Assembly (NCBI RefSeq): GCF_018350175.1
Contig: NC_058368.1
Location: forward strand, 228,286,001-228,350,000
Direction of reading: 5' to 3'
Source: Felis catus
Lineage: Eukaryota
Length of the DNA: 64,000 bases
Part shown: one piece after another, positions 25,314 to 38,599 of the stretch
Layout: every line of letters begins with the position of its first letter
Position numbering within the stretch: position 1 is the first letter of the stretch
Position numbers and translations under genes: made by a program
The notes under the pieces: model-generated
Seen by the model: only the letters and a program-made list of their open reading frames with translations
Databases searched by the model: none
Told to the model about the DNA's origin: nothing

Positions 25314-25330
25314 TGCATTGCCCTGATTTA

Positions 25331-25460
25331 TTTATTTTTTTATTTCTACTTTTTAGAGTTTTTATTTAAACTCCAATTAGTTAACATATAGTATAATATT
25401 AGTTTCGGGTGTACAATATAGTCATTCAATAATTTTATACAACAGCCAATGCTCATTACG
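25331..25460 (-). mobile_element. Short L1_Carn 3' end (~130 bp)
   Basis: tttatttaaactccaattagttaacatatagtataatattagtttcgggtgtacaatatagtcattcaa; TSD ttgccct(g/aa)attta. Confidence 0.8.
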
Positions 25461-25984
25461 TTGCCCTAAATTTAGATCTTGAAGGATTCTTCACTGATTG
25501 TCTCACTTGGCTAAAGTTGTATGGTAAAATAGTAAGCCATTGTCATAATTAAAAGATAAGTGCACTCAGAACCATCTCACGAGGTAGTCATGTACTTGAA
25601 AAAACAGAAATTATAATGAGTGAATAAATGACTAAGTCGATGAATAATTCACATTTTTCTGCTGAAATCATGGCTTCTAAACCTTATCTAGATTTCTGAA
25701 TGTTGGAAGACCCCTCTATACGTCAATTCTTTTTCCACTTCTGCAAAATGCACTCATGTTTTCACAAGCAAACTTTGTAGTTTTTGCTGTTGATTCAGTT
25801 TTCTTAGCTTTTTTTTTCCCTATGGGAAATTTTGACTCTATGGGAGATTATTTAGGGTCTTCTGTCAGCACACAATATTCAGAATACAGTTTGGCTTTCA
25901 TTGGGCAATTTCCAGTTCATCCTAATTCATCCTTATCTTTTACTTCGCTCCTGTTCTTGACTCTGTTACCAATTCCTCACATCT

Positions 25985-26013
25985 TCATTTTTCTTTTCCT
26001 TTTCTTTCTTTCT

Positions 26014-26084
<71 letters not shown>

Positions 26085-26166
26085 CTTCCTTCCTTCCTTC
26101 CTTCCTTCCTTCCTTCCTTCCTTCCTTCCTTCCTCCTTCCTCCCTCCCTCCCTCCCTCTCTGCTTG

Positions 26167-26208
<42 letters not shown>

Positions 26209-26214
26209 CTTTCC

Positions 26215-26266
<52 letters not shown>

Positions 26267-26270
26267 TTGT
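25985..26270 (+). repeat. Compound (TTTC)n/(TTCC)n polypyrimidine microsatellite
   Basis: About 285 bp of almost pure pyrimidine tetranucleotide blocks. Confidence 0.95.
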
Positions 26271-29200
26271 TCTTGGATCTATGGTAGAATGCCTTCTGTC
26301 TGTCTTTCATACAAAACCAAATCCTGAGGTTCCCCCCTCCTCCCCAAAGAGTCTTTGCTACTCAAGACTACACTGAAATACATAAAGGTAAAAGTACCTA
26401 ATTAAGTGAAAGCTAAAAATTTCCTAGAGATAAAGCAGCTGCGGGAGCAACCTAGAGCTGATTCATGAACTGGCACCATCCAGCCTGCTCTCCTGCTGGC
26501 TCAGCATAGTAGGAACCCAGCCCCCGTGGAGAGGAAGCAGAATGGCTCGGTGCTTCCAAGAAGAACCTGAAATTGTAGGTTAAAGAGGAAGCAAGAAGAC
26601 GATTTGTAGATTTAATGGAAAAAATTGCACTGGCATTCATTGAATGTGAATGGCTGTGGCTCCAGGTGATCTGATAAAAAAAAAATTTTTTTTTTTATGG
26701 AAACAATTATTAGGATGTTTAAGACACCTTCTGGTGTATACAATGGACACTTCTGAGTGGCTGGCATTCTGGGTGTTTTTTATTTTCTTTTTGTTTATCT
26801 GTATATTCACTAATGAAATGCATTGTTTTTATAATAAGAAAGTAACACTTTACATGACAAAATAAAAACAGTAGGTAAGTTTAATTTAAAATACAATTTT
26901 TGTCAGATATATCTGCTATATTCAGCAAAGTTTGTATAATTTTTAAAATTGTGCACATTGGAGGGTAATTAATGTTGCCAACAACTAGTTTGTGTTTGTT
27001 TTTCTATGATCTTTGTTTACACTGTCCGTCCTTTTGTGTGGCTTATTGTAATTTTTTAAAAGTTAAGGTGATTTTAGTACAAATTTCATGGAGAAGGAAT
27101 AAAAAGCGACTAGAAGTTGAAAAAAAAAAGGGTAGGAAATAATGTTACGAAATGACCTGAAGCATTGCCCATCTTCCCTATGACGCCCTAAAAATTTAAC
27201 AAGTTATGGAAAACAAGTTCTCATGGAATGTACATTTTCTATAAAGCTATCAATTGAAACTGTTCTCTTGATCTATTTAATTTGTTCAACTCTTTTTTTT
27301 AGGGCTTTGTATGTAGTTTTGAAAATTTGAGTTTAGTTGACACACAATTTTACATTAGTTTCAGGTGTACAACTAAGTGATTCGACAAGTTTATACATTG
27401 TGTTCACAAGTACAGCTACCATCTGTCCCGTTACATCGCCATTATAGTCTCATTGACTGTAATCCTTATACTTTACTTTTTATTCCCATGAATTACTCAT
27501 TTCATAACTGAAGGCCTGTATCTCCCTCTCCCTTTAACCCATTTTCCCCAACCCCTCACTCTCCTCCCCTCTGGAAACCATCAGTTTGTCTCTGAATTTA
27601 CAGTTCTGATTCTGCTTTCTGTTCTTTCATTTATTTATTTTTGTTTCTGTTTATGAATGAAATCATATGATATATGTCTTTCTTAGCATGACTTATTTAA
27701 GTTAGCATAATACCCTCTAGATCCATCTATGTTTTCTCAAATGGCATGATCTCATCCTTTTTTATGGCTGTGTAATATTCTGTTGTGCATAGATATCACA
27801 GTTTCCTTATCCATTTGTCTCTTGATGGACACTGAAGTTGTTTCCATGCCTTGGCTATTGGAAATAACGCTGCAATAAACATAGAGGTGTATGTATCTCT
27901 TCAAGTTAGTGTTTTCCCTAGGTAAATATCCAATAGTGGAATTATTGGGCCGTATGGTATTTCTATTTTTAATTTTTTGAGGAAACTCCATGCTATTTTC
28001 CACAGTGGCTGTACCAATTTACATTCCCACCAACAGTGCAGGAGGGTTCCTTTTTCTCTACATCCTCACCAATATTTGTTGTTTCTTGTCTTCTTGATTT
28101 TAGTCCTTCTAAAGAGTGTGAGGTGATATCTCACTGTGGTTTTGATTTGCATTTCCTTGGTGATTAGTGATGTTGAGCATCTTTTTATGTGTGTTGGTTA
28201 ACAATATATCTTCTTTGGTAAAATGTCTATTCAAGTTCTCTGCCCACTTTTTAATTGGATCGTTTGATTTTTTTGGTGTTGAATTGTGTAAATTCTTTGT
28301 ATATTTTGGACATTGCCCCTTGTTAGATGTATCATTTGCAAATATCTTCTACCATTTCATTAGGTTGTCTTTTTGGGGTTTTTTTTTTCATGGTTTACTT
28401 TGCTGTGCAGAGCTTTTTATTTTGATGTAGTACCAATAGTTTATTTTTGCTTTTGCTACCCTTGCCTTAGGAGATTTATTTAGAAAAATGTTGCTATGGC
28501 TGATGTCAGGGAAATTACTTCCTGTATTCTCTTCTAGGATTTGTATAGCTTCAAGTCTCATGTTTAGGTCTTTAATCCATTTTGAGTTTATTTTTGTGTA
28601 CGGTGTTAGAAAGTAGTCCAGTTTCATTCTTTTACATGTAGTTGTCTAGTATTCTGAACACCAGGTAATCTTGCGTCCTTTGTCACCGATTAATTCACCA
28701 TACCACTATGTGTTTATTTCTAGGCTCTATTCTGTTCTATAGATCTATATCTACTTTTGTGACAAGTATCATACTTCTTTGGTTACTACAGCTTTGTATT
28801 ATATCTTGAAGTATGGAATTGTGATACCTCCAGCTTTGGTCTTCTTTTTCAGAATTGCTTTGGCTGTTCAGGTCTTCTGTGATTCCATACAAATTTTAGT
28901 ATTATTTGTTCTAGTTTTGTGAAAAATGCTGTTGGTATTTTGATGGGGATTGCATTGAACCTATAGATTGCTTTGGTTAATATGGACATTTTGACAATAT
29001 TAATTCTTCCATGAGCATGAAATATCTTTCCGTTTTTCTGTGTCATCTTCATTTTCTTTCATCAGTGTTTTATAGTTTTCAGAGTACAGGTCTTACACGT
29101 CTCTGGTTAAGTTTATTCCTAGGTATTTATTCTTTTTGGTGTAGTTGTAAATTATGTTGTTTAAAAAATTTCTCTTTCTGTGACTTCATTGCTAGTGAAT

Positions 29201-30817
29201 AGAAATGCTACCAATTTGGGGGTATTAACTTTGTATCCTCTGAATTCATTTATTATCTTTAGTAGTTCTTTTGGTGGAATCTTTAGGACTATATATATAC
29301 ATATATATATATACACATACTATCTTGTCGTCTGCAAATAGTGACTATTTAACTTCTTCTTCACAAATATGGATGCCTCTTATCTTACCTCTTTTTCTTG
29401 TTTTATTTCTGTGGCTAGGACTTCTAGTACTATGTTGAATAAAAGTGGTGAAAGTAGACATTCTTGTCTTGTTCCTGACCTTAGAGGGAAAACTCTCAGT
29501 TTTTCACTATTGAGGATGATGTTAAATATGGGTTTTCCATATATGGCCTTTATTATGTTGAGGTATTCTCCTTCTATTCCCATTTTGTTGAACATTTTAA
29601 TTGTGAATGGATATTATATTTTGTCATATGCTTTTTCTGCATTTATTGAGATGATCATATGGTTTTTATCCTTCACTTTGTTGATGTGGGGCATAACATT
29701 GATTGATTTCCAAATATTGAGCCATTCTTGCATCCCAGGTGTAAATCCCACCTTATTATGGTGAATGATATTTTTAATATATTGTTGTGTGCACTTTGCT
29801 AATATTTTGTTGAGGATGTTTGCATCTATGTTCATCAGGGATATTGACCTGTAGTTCTCTTTTTTTGTGGTGTCTTTGTCTGGTTTTGGTATCAGGGTAA
29901 TTCTGGTCTTGTAGGATATATTTAGAAGCTTTCCTACCTTTTTTTATATTTTTTGGAATTGAGGAGAATAAGTATTAACTCTTCTTTAAATGTATGCTAG
30001 ATTTCATTAGTGAATCCATCTGGTCCTGAACTTTATTTTTTGGTAGTTTTTGATTACTGATTCAATTTCATTACTTGCAGTTGGTCTGTTCATATTTTCT
30101 GTTTCTTCCTGGTTCAGTTTTGGAAGATTGTATGTATCTAGAAATTTATCCATTTCTTCTAGGTTGTCCAGTTTGTTGGCATATAATTTTTAATAGTATT
30201 TTCTTATAATCATTTGTATTTCTTTTTTTAAATCCTTTGTATTTCTGTGGTGGCAGTTGTAACTTCTCTCTTTTTTCTGATTTTATTTATTTGGATTCTT
30301 TCTCTTTTTTTCCTGATGAATCTGGCTAAAGGTTTGTCAATTTTGTTTGTCTTTTCCAAGAATCAGCTCTTAGTTTCATAGATTTTTTTTTCTATTTTTT
30401 TAAGTCTCTATGCCATTTATTTTTGCTCTGATCTTTATTATCTTCTCTCTTCTACTCACCTTGGACTTTTTGTGTTCTTCTTTTTCTAGTTCCTTTAGGT
30501 GTGAGGTTCCATTGTTTATTTGAGTTTTTCCTTGTTTGTTGATGTAGGCCCATATTGCTATATACTTCCCTCTTAGAACTGCTTTCACTATGTCCCAGAG
30601 ATTTTGGACCATTGTGTTTTCATTTTCATTTGTCTCCATGTATTTTTCAAAATTTTCTTTGATTGCTTCATTGACCCATTTGTTGTATAGTGTCATGTTA
30701 TTTAGTTTCCGCATATTTGTGTTTTTTCCAATCTTTTTCTTGTGATTTATTTCTAGTTTCATACCTTTGTGGTTGGAAATTTGAATCGTATGAATTTCTT
30801 AAATTCATTGAGGCTTG

Positions 30818-31045
30818 GGGGCGCCTGGGTGGCGCAGTCGGTTAAGCATCCGACTTCAGCCAGGTCACGATCTCGCGGTCCGTGAGTTCGAGCCCCGCGT
30901 CAGGCTCTGGGCTGATGGCTTGGAGCCTGGAGCCTGTTTCAGATTCTGTGTCTCCCTCTCTCTCTGCCCCTCCCCCGTTCATGCTCTGTCTCTCTCTGTC
31001 CCAAAAATAAATAAACATTGAAAAAAAAATAAAAAAAAAATAAAA
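30818..31045 (+). mobile_element. Young CAN-SINE (SINEC_Fc) nested in L1 ORF2
   Basis: Intact CpGs; TSD aaatt(c/t)attgaggcttg at 30801 and 31046. Confidence 0.97.
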
Positions 31046-31485
31046 AAATTTATTGAGGCTTGTTTTGTTCCTAATATTGATCAATTCTGGAGAACATTCC
31101 ATGTACACTTGAAAAGAATGTGTATTCTGTTGGTTTTTTTTGATGAAATATTTTGTATATATCTGTTATGTCCATCTGATCCAATGTGTCATTCAAAGAC
31201 ATTGTTTCCATATTGATTTTCTGTTTGGATGATCTGTCCATTGATATAAGTGGACAGTTAAAGTCCTTTACTATTATTGTACTACCATCAATTGCTCTCT
31301 TTATGTCTGTTAATATTTGCTTTATGTATTTAGGTGCTCCAGTTTTGGTTATGTAGATATTTACAATTGTTATATCCTCTTGTTGGATTCATCCCTTTAT
31401 CAGTATGTGATACCCTTCTTTGTCTCTTATCACAGTCTTTATTTTAAAGTCTCTTTTGTCTGATGTAAGTATTGCTACCCCAGAT

Positions 31486-31496
31486 ACACACACACA

Positions 31497-31535
<39 letters not shown>
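31486..31535. repeat. (AC)7-G-(TG)17 head-to-head dinucleotide repeat
   Basis: acacacacacacacgtgtgtg... Confidence 0.95.
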
Positions 31536-31537
<2 letters not shown>

Positions 31538-33169
31538 TTGCTTCCATTTGCATGGTGAATGTTTTTCCATCCCTTCACTTTCAGTCTGTATGCATCTTTA
31601 GGTCTGATGTGAGTCTCTTGTAGGCAGGATGTAGATGGTTTTAAGTGATTTTAAAATTTTGATGATTTTAAAATTTTGTTTTCTGGTTGTTTTTATAGTT
31701 CTTTGTTTCTTTCTTCTTCTCTTGCTTTCTTTATTTGTGATTGATGAGTATCTATAGTGGTTTTTTGGTTTTCTTTCTCTATTTTTTATGTGTCTATCAT
31801 AGGTTTTGGGGTTGTGGTTGCCATGAGGTTCACACATAGCATCCTAAGTAAATAGCAGTCCATATTAATTTGATGGTCATTTAAATTCAAACACATTAAA
31901 AAAAACAAAGAAGAAAATCTTATTTTTATTTTCCCCCTTCTCTTCCCTTTTTATTCCATTCTCCACATTTTATGTATATGTTGTCATATTTTGCATCTTT
32001 TTATTCATATTTTTCTTATGTCTAATAATGACTATTTCTTTTCCATTTAAAGAAATCTCTTTAACATTTATTGTAAGTCTGGCTTAGTGGTGATAAACTA
32101 CTTTATCTTTTGTTTGTCTGGAAAGTCTTTATCTCTCCTTCAAATCTGAATGATAACCTTGCAGAGTAGAATATTGCTGGTTGTAGGTTTTTTTCCTTTC
32201 AGTACTCTGAATAGATCATGCCACTGCCTTCTGGTGTGCAATGTTTCTGCTGAAAAATCAGCTTATTGTCTTATAGGTTTTCCCCTGTAGGTAACTTGTG
32301 TCTCCTTGCTGCTTTTAAGATCCTCTCTTTATCTTTAATCTTTGATATTTTCATATTATGTGCCATGGTGTGGACCTCCTTAGGTTCATCTTGTTTGGAA
32401 TTCTCTGTGCTTTTTGGATGTGGATATCTATTTCTCTCCCTAGGTTAGAGGAGTTTTCAGTTATTATTTCTTCAAATAAGTTTTTTATATCTTTCTCTCT
32501 TCTTCTGGGACCTCTGTAATTCAAATGTGTATTCACTCGATGTGTCCAAGAAATCTCTTAATCTCATTTTTAATCTCTTTTTAATCTCATTTTTAAAAAT
32601 TCCTTTCTTTTTTTGATGTTCAGTTTGTGTGCTTTCCATTACTCAGTATTCCAGATCATTGATACATTCTTCTTCATCCTCTAATCTACTGTTGATTCCT
32701 TCTAGTATGTTTTTCATTTCAGTTATTGTATTCTTCAACTATGATTGGTTCTTTTTAATATTTTCTACCTCTTCATTGAAAGTCTTACTGAATTCTAACA
32801 TTCTTTTCTCCATCCCAGTGAGTATCTTTATGATCATTACTTTAAATTCTTTATCAAGCATATTGCTTACCTCTGTTTCACTTAATTTTTTTTTCTGAGT
32901 TTTTGTTGGTGTTGTTCTTTCTTTTGGAGCATATTTCTCTGTCTCCCCATTTTGCTTGACTTTCTGTTTCTCTCTTTTTGGCCAAGTTAAATGCTACCAG
33001 TGGAGCTAGTTCTAATTTTTGTTTACTCCAGGTACTAGCAATCCATCCTTAATTCTTACATTAAAGGAAAAACCAACTTTTATTAAACACTGTGCATCTC
33101 TTTTAATAAAGGGTCTGGCACATTGGCATCATTCTTTCTCTGGTAAAGGAATATCCATTCCAGGATCTA

Positions 33170-33405
33170 CCTCCTGTTTCCTTCCCTTCTCTTCCTTTTC
33201 CACCACCATCCTCCCCTCTAGCCCCGAGTCTTGTCTTCCCCTCCCCTTCTCTCCTCTTTTCTCCTCTCCTGGCTGTGCAGCCCCATTGCCATCTTTCCTT
33301 CTCTTTTTCCTTTCCATCCTTCCCTTTTCCTCTATTGTCTTGTCTCCTCTCTCTCCCCCCTTCTCTACCCTCCTCTCTCCTCTCCCCATCTCTTCCCCTA
33401 TTTTT
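33170..33405 (+). repeat. CT-rich low-complexity tract
   Basis: About 230 bp, strongly pyrimidine-rich on the + strand. Confidence 0.8.
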
Positions 33406-33929
33406 TTAAATAGAGCTGGAATTTAAAGAAATGAAAAGAAACACATGTGCTAATTATAGGCTTTTCCTATTGCCTGAGAATGAATGGGAAGATTCAGTTA
33501 CATTCTGATGGAAAATGTAAGCTCTTTAACTTGATTGTAAACTTCATCCCTGTGTCAGAGATTAACTATGCCCAAGGCGCTCATTGTCACATTTTGTCTT
33601 ATTTGGCCAGGTCATAAGTTAATCGAACATTATGTTAAAAAGTCAATATATGGTTTTATAATTGTACTTAATCATATGCTAATGATTAATGAACTTTTGT
33701 GTCATATAAGTTAAAAAATTCATAGCTTCGTAGTCACACAACATAATGGGATAAATACCAGGGTGATGAGGTTAATATAGGTTAAGTCAGACTTGCTCTG
33801 GTTTGCTTTGTTTAATCCAGAAATAACCTTAAAATGATGGAATTTGTAGAATAGTACTTTTTTTTTTTGAGTCACCATTATAAGCTCTCACCTCCCAAAC
33901 CATCTTTCATTGCAAGAATCCTTTTTTCT

Positions 33930-35570
33930 CACTACTCTGCACACCCCTGAATCTGGCCCTAGCTCACACCCCTCTCCACTTTCTCAAAATCTCCCACTAT
34001 GCTCTTTTTTTTTCACAGCCTCTTTCTTGTTCATTTCTTTCATCATTTCCCTCTTGCCTGAAAACTGGATTTCCTCCAAGAACTCCCCTCTGAGGAGAAA
34101 GCTATGATTTCTTTGAGTACCTTAGGTATCTCAGGACCTGGTGGAGGGGTGACTGTCCTCTTTACTCCCTATTGCTTCATTTGATTTCTTTTTCTCCTTT
34201 GGAAACTTCGGATCCTTAAAGTGTGTTTTATAGGACTTCTCCACTTATTTCACATTTTTGTCTCTGTTATGTGCTGGCCTCATTCCTTGATGACTTCAGT
34301 ACCTGGTTTATTGTCTTTTCCTCTGACCATCCCTTTATCTTTCCTCAGGACTTCCACCATTACATGCATGATCCATCAAAGTTTTCTCAGCTCCACATAT
34401 ATTGTATCCAACTCTCTCTAAACACCAAAAGTGGTGCCTTGTCCTGAGCTTGCCTGGGCACCTACATAATATTCAGGGAAATCTCACAACTGGACATTTC
34501 AGACTTCAGACTTCAAATTAACACTCTGAGACAACCACCTTACTTCTTTTCCCTCCCTCAATTCTAACACCCCCACCCCCTAAACTTTCAGCTGATATGT
34601 TCTCCTCGTTCTTCACAGAAGAAATGGATTCAGTTGGACAAGAACAATGTTAACTTTCTATCCTTAACTTACTAGCCCACATGATTTGTAAATACCAGTT
34701 CTTCACTTTCTTTTGTAATGAAATGTCCACATTAAGTGCTGGCTTCTGCCTGAGATCAAAGTTGCCATGTGCTCTGGATCATGTCTGCTCTTGATTTCTC
34801 AAGAACTTTGTTACCCTCCTACAACTGCCTTCTTCAACCTCTCCTATTCCCTTTCCAGACTTCTTTTTCTCATCAGTTCTTCCCTTTCTACTGGCACACT
34901 GCCATTATTATACAGATATACCTATCTTCGTTAAAACATTCTTATCACCGCATTTTCCTCCACCTCTTCACTTCTCTGCTCCCTTAGCAGTAATAAATTG
35001 GTCTCTGTATGTTCTCATCTCCTATTGTTTCTTCAATCCACTCCCATCAGTTTTCAACCCTACAAGTCCACTGAAGTCATTATTAGATGCCCTCCATCTT
35101 TCCAGATCCATGGTTGGTTTTCTGTTCTTGTGTACAACCATATACACAACTGTTTAGTGGCATGTGACACTGTTGACCATTTCTTCTTTCTGGGAACTTT
35201 TGTTTCCTCAGCAATACCACCAGACCAAAATGCTAGGATTTTATCCAGATTCTACTTTTCCATTTGTAGTGTACATCTAAGCTATCAAAATGTTTGGCCA
35301 GCTCCAAAAATACATGTTTCATCCTGTCCTACACTATTCTATCTATTTTGGTCTAGCCTATCCCTCATGTCTTATCTCCTCTTGCTATTTTCCACTACTT
35401 CTCTGGTGTAATTCCTGTTCATTTTGTAGAAGTAGCAGTTAACCTTCTTATGTGTTTTCCTCCTTCCATTTAGTGCCCTTAGAGCCCACTTGCTATACAG
35501 CGAACAGAATGATCTTTTAAAATGCAACTTACATCATATACCTCCTTGGCTTAACTCCCCTGATCCCATG
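33930..35570 (+). mobile_element. Long L2 relic (ORF2-derived through 3' region)
   Basis: gcctgaaaactggatttcctcc; cattccttgatgacttcagtacctgg; catgtgacactgttgaccatttc; gaatgatcttttaaaatgcaacttacatcat. Confidence 0.7.
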
Positions 35571-35599
35571 GTTTCAGTCTGGCCTCTCACCCCAGGTCA

Positions 35600-36190
35600 G
35601 TGGTGGTGGTGACACAAACACCTGATGGGTTTGGAAAACCCAGGAACAGAGGAGAACCTATATCCCTGTTTTCAAGGGGAGCATGGAGAGGTGGCAAGAT
35701 ACCAGAATCTCAGGAATTTCCTGGTGCTAGGACAAAAGCCTAGAAATGGTTTTGTGGTGCTGGGACAGAAGAACCTTAGAAGCTTAAATCAGTCTCAGAG
35801 AGACATGGAAGCCTAATATTTTCCTTATAGCAAGAAGCGAGGGACCTGCAAACAACGGAGAGGCTGTTTGACTGAGCTAGTTCTCACAGTCAGGAGTGGA
35901 AGAATCACAGTGACCAACTTGGACCAGTGACTAGAACAATGTTTTAGTGTGTGCTGATGTGGGTGGATGACAAAGACCAAGGATCACAACCCCACAGTGT
36001 GCACACACAATCATGTTTGGCATTGTGAAAGCTTTTACAGAACACAGATGCTACTCTGGGGACGTGGAAACGTGGGCAAGTCCTTAAGTTGGCTGCAGTT
36101 TAGTTTATACCATCTGGTAGAGCAGGGATTTAAAATAGAAATTAAAATCAGTGTAGAATTAAAGTTAAAAAGTTAAATCCCATGGGCACA
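35600..36190 (+). mobile_element. Possible ancient Gypsy-type LTR (MamGypLTR-like)
   Basis: Purine-rich LTR-like sequence ending gaattaaagttaaaaagttaaatcccatgggcaca; family resemblance only. Confidence 0.3.
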
Positions 36191-36502
36191 GGGATTTGTT
36201 GGATTGTTATCTGTACTTGATGTTTTATAAAGTTCAATGATAATACATATGCATGCAGGTTGAGAGAGAGGACTCTAGTTTTGACGATAGCTGTGTGTAC
36301 TTTGGCTGGCTCTTTCTAATATCTTTAGGTCTCATTATCCTTATCTGTATAAGAAAGAGATTGAGCTAAATAAATGGTGCCTCTAGACCCCCGTTATCTA
36401 ATCAATTACTATCAATGATTTATCTTAGAAGAGTAATTTCCCATCTCCCACGCAGAGTATGTGCATGCTCATTAGCCCATTCACGGAAATAAATTTTCCT
36501 CC

Positions 36503-36704
36503 GGGGTGCCTCGTGGCTCAGTTGGTTAAGCCTCCGACTTTGGCTCAGGTCATGATCTCGCAGTTCTTGGATTTGTGCCCCACACCGGACTCTGGGCTGA
36601 CAGCTCAGAGCCTGGACCCTGCTTCAAATTCTGTGTCTCCCCCTCTCTCTACCCCTCCCCACCTTTCAAAAATAAATAAACATTTTAAAATATATTTTAA
36701 AAAA
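36503..36704 (+). mobile_element. CAN-SINE (SINEC_Fc)
   Basis: ggggtgcctcgtggctcagttggttaag...aaaaataaataaacatt. Confidence 0.95.
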
Positions 36705-37596
36705 CCTCTAATTATAAAGTTTTGCTACTTTCTCATTCTTATTTAAGGGATGTTGATTATATATATGTGCATGCCTGTGTGTGTAATTATTGATTCCCTG
36801 ACCCTTTTTAATAAGTGGCCACTTTAGTAGTCGAGGAAACGAAAAATCAAATGAGTTTGGTGTCAGGACAGTAAGTATTCCAGCAAATGCAATAGAAATG
36901 ATGCCGTATCTAAATAATCTTTTGAAAACACCTATTTTGGCCCACCTGTACATTTTAGTCTAGCTTTCAGAATAGATTGTCTCATCAGAAAATGTCAATG
37001 TTAACTAGACAAATATTTCGCAGATTGGAAACAAATATGTAAATGACGCTCAAAATATAAAATTTGTAATAAAGTCTTATTTTTTAACTAAGCTCAGCAC
37101 AATATTGGTGTGTCATGCTGAGCATAAATGATACTTTGGATCATTCAGCTTCATTTTTCAGCCTACCTGGGGAAATTATCTTTATAGAAAAATGCATAGT
37201 TTGGGATGCTTTTTCATAAAATCGGAGAGATGACATATGAATGAAATCTAACAAGTATTACCTCTTTACCTCTGGTCTTTTTTTATACCCTCATCTTAAG
37301 AAGACAGCATAATATTAATAATGCAAAGCTCAGTGGAAATACGGATGATATTTTAGAATTTCATTGAGCCTCATTACTGCAAATACGATTTCTCAAAACA
37401 CACCTACTATCACTTGATTTTTTTTTTCTTGTTCTTAAGTAGCTGGGAAACCACACCAAATGTAAAGTGAAAGCTATGAAGATAGTGAATAAGTAGGCTA
37501 AATCCTGAATCTTAGTTCTGGTTCTATCATACGCTAGTTGAATGTGTCATTCACTTCTCTGGGCCTTAGTTTCCTCACTATAAGATGAAGGTTCTG

Positions 37597-37826
37597 GGGG
37601 CATTTGGGTGGCTCGGTTGGTTAAGCATCTGACTTTGGCTTAGGTCATGATCTCGTGGTTCATGAGTTTGAATCCCACGTCAGGCTCTGTGCTGACAGCT
37701 CAGAGCCTGGATTCTGCTTCAGATGCTGTGTCTCCCTCTCTCTGCCCCTCCCCTGTTCGTGCTCTGCCTCTCTCTCTCAAACAAAACAAAACAAAACAAA
37801 ACAAAACAAAACAAAACATAAAAAAA
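37597..37826 (+). mobile_element. CAN-SINE with (AAAAC)n tail, inserted in a MIR
   Basis: TSD aagatgaaggt(t/g)ctgg; MIR core ttcacttctctgggccttagtttcctcactataa upstream. Confidence 0.95.
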
Positions 37827-38599
37827 AAGATGAAGGTGCTGGACAGATGGTCTCTAACAGACATTCCAGCTCTAATAATTCATGAAATGACACAACCAGA
37901 ATTACTGAACTCCTGTAGGTAGGCCCGTTGATAACTATATTAGATGAGGCTGTGTTTAGTATATTTATTACCAAGTATATAGAGTATCTTGCTGTCTTAT
38001 GGTCATTGATGCTTCCCTGAAGATTATCAGCTATGTCTACCAAAAACTCATATTTCTTAAAATGTCAACCTTATTTAAGCTTTTGTATCTAAAATACCTT
38101 GAACATTTGTCTGTCAATAAACAAGCTGTGCACAAATCTTGTGCCAGTTATAAGGAGTCCTTGTGGTCTCATCAGTGACAGCAGTGTTCCTGGAATAATT
38201 ATAGTCTGCAGGAAAGAGACAGGTTTGGAGTTACCGGGCCTGGGTTTGAATCCTGGTTTCAGTCTTTTGCCCACGCCATAAGGTTTTATTCTAACTATTA
38301 AGTGAAGCACCAAGAGATACTGGGAAAAAAATTCTAAAAGGTATTTCTAGATGGAGAGGAAGATTTTTAATAGAAACCAGTGTCACAAATCCCCAAACTC
38401 ATCACTTGTAAGGAGGATATGAAAAGATTTTTAAAAAAATGAGAGAAAACATTTGAGAGAAGAGTGGCTTTCAAGAAAGTACTTGGAGTTCTTTGAGTCT
38501 CAACCCCACCTCCACAAGCTATTAATAAAATTATTTGGAGCTTTAACATGACCACTTGGGTAGCGTGAAGTTCTTCTGAGATTGGGCACAATAGCCTGG

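Larger units (their letters stand above)
27290..32975 (-). mobile_element. Decayed ~5.7 kb carnivore L1 (3' UTR, ORF2, inter-ORF, part of ORF1), 5'-truncated
   Basis: Minus-strand fragments match L1 ORF2 ([75 protein letters not shown] near 29330; [12 protein letters not shown]) and ORF1 (IDIHIQKAQRIPNKMN); many stops and frameshifts. Confidence 0.97.

Noticed and set aside
25756..26376. Longest ORF (206 aa) and antisense 114-aa K/E/R-rich ORF
   Set aside because: Open only because the (TTTC)n tract has no stop codons
26452..26600. Minus-strand acceptor with a short open frame (FFLEAPSHSASSPRG...)
   Set aside because: All three frames stop within ~40 codons and none resembles a protein I know
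27752..32536. Reverse transcriptase and endonuclease-like ORFs as an active gene
   Set aside because: Fragmented L1 ORF1/ORF2 with stops, frameshifts, deletions, a nested SINE and no 5' UTR
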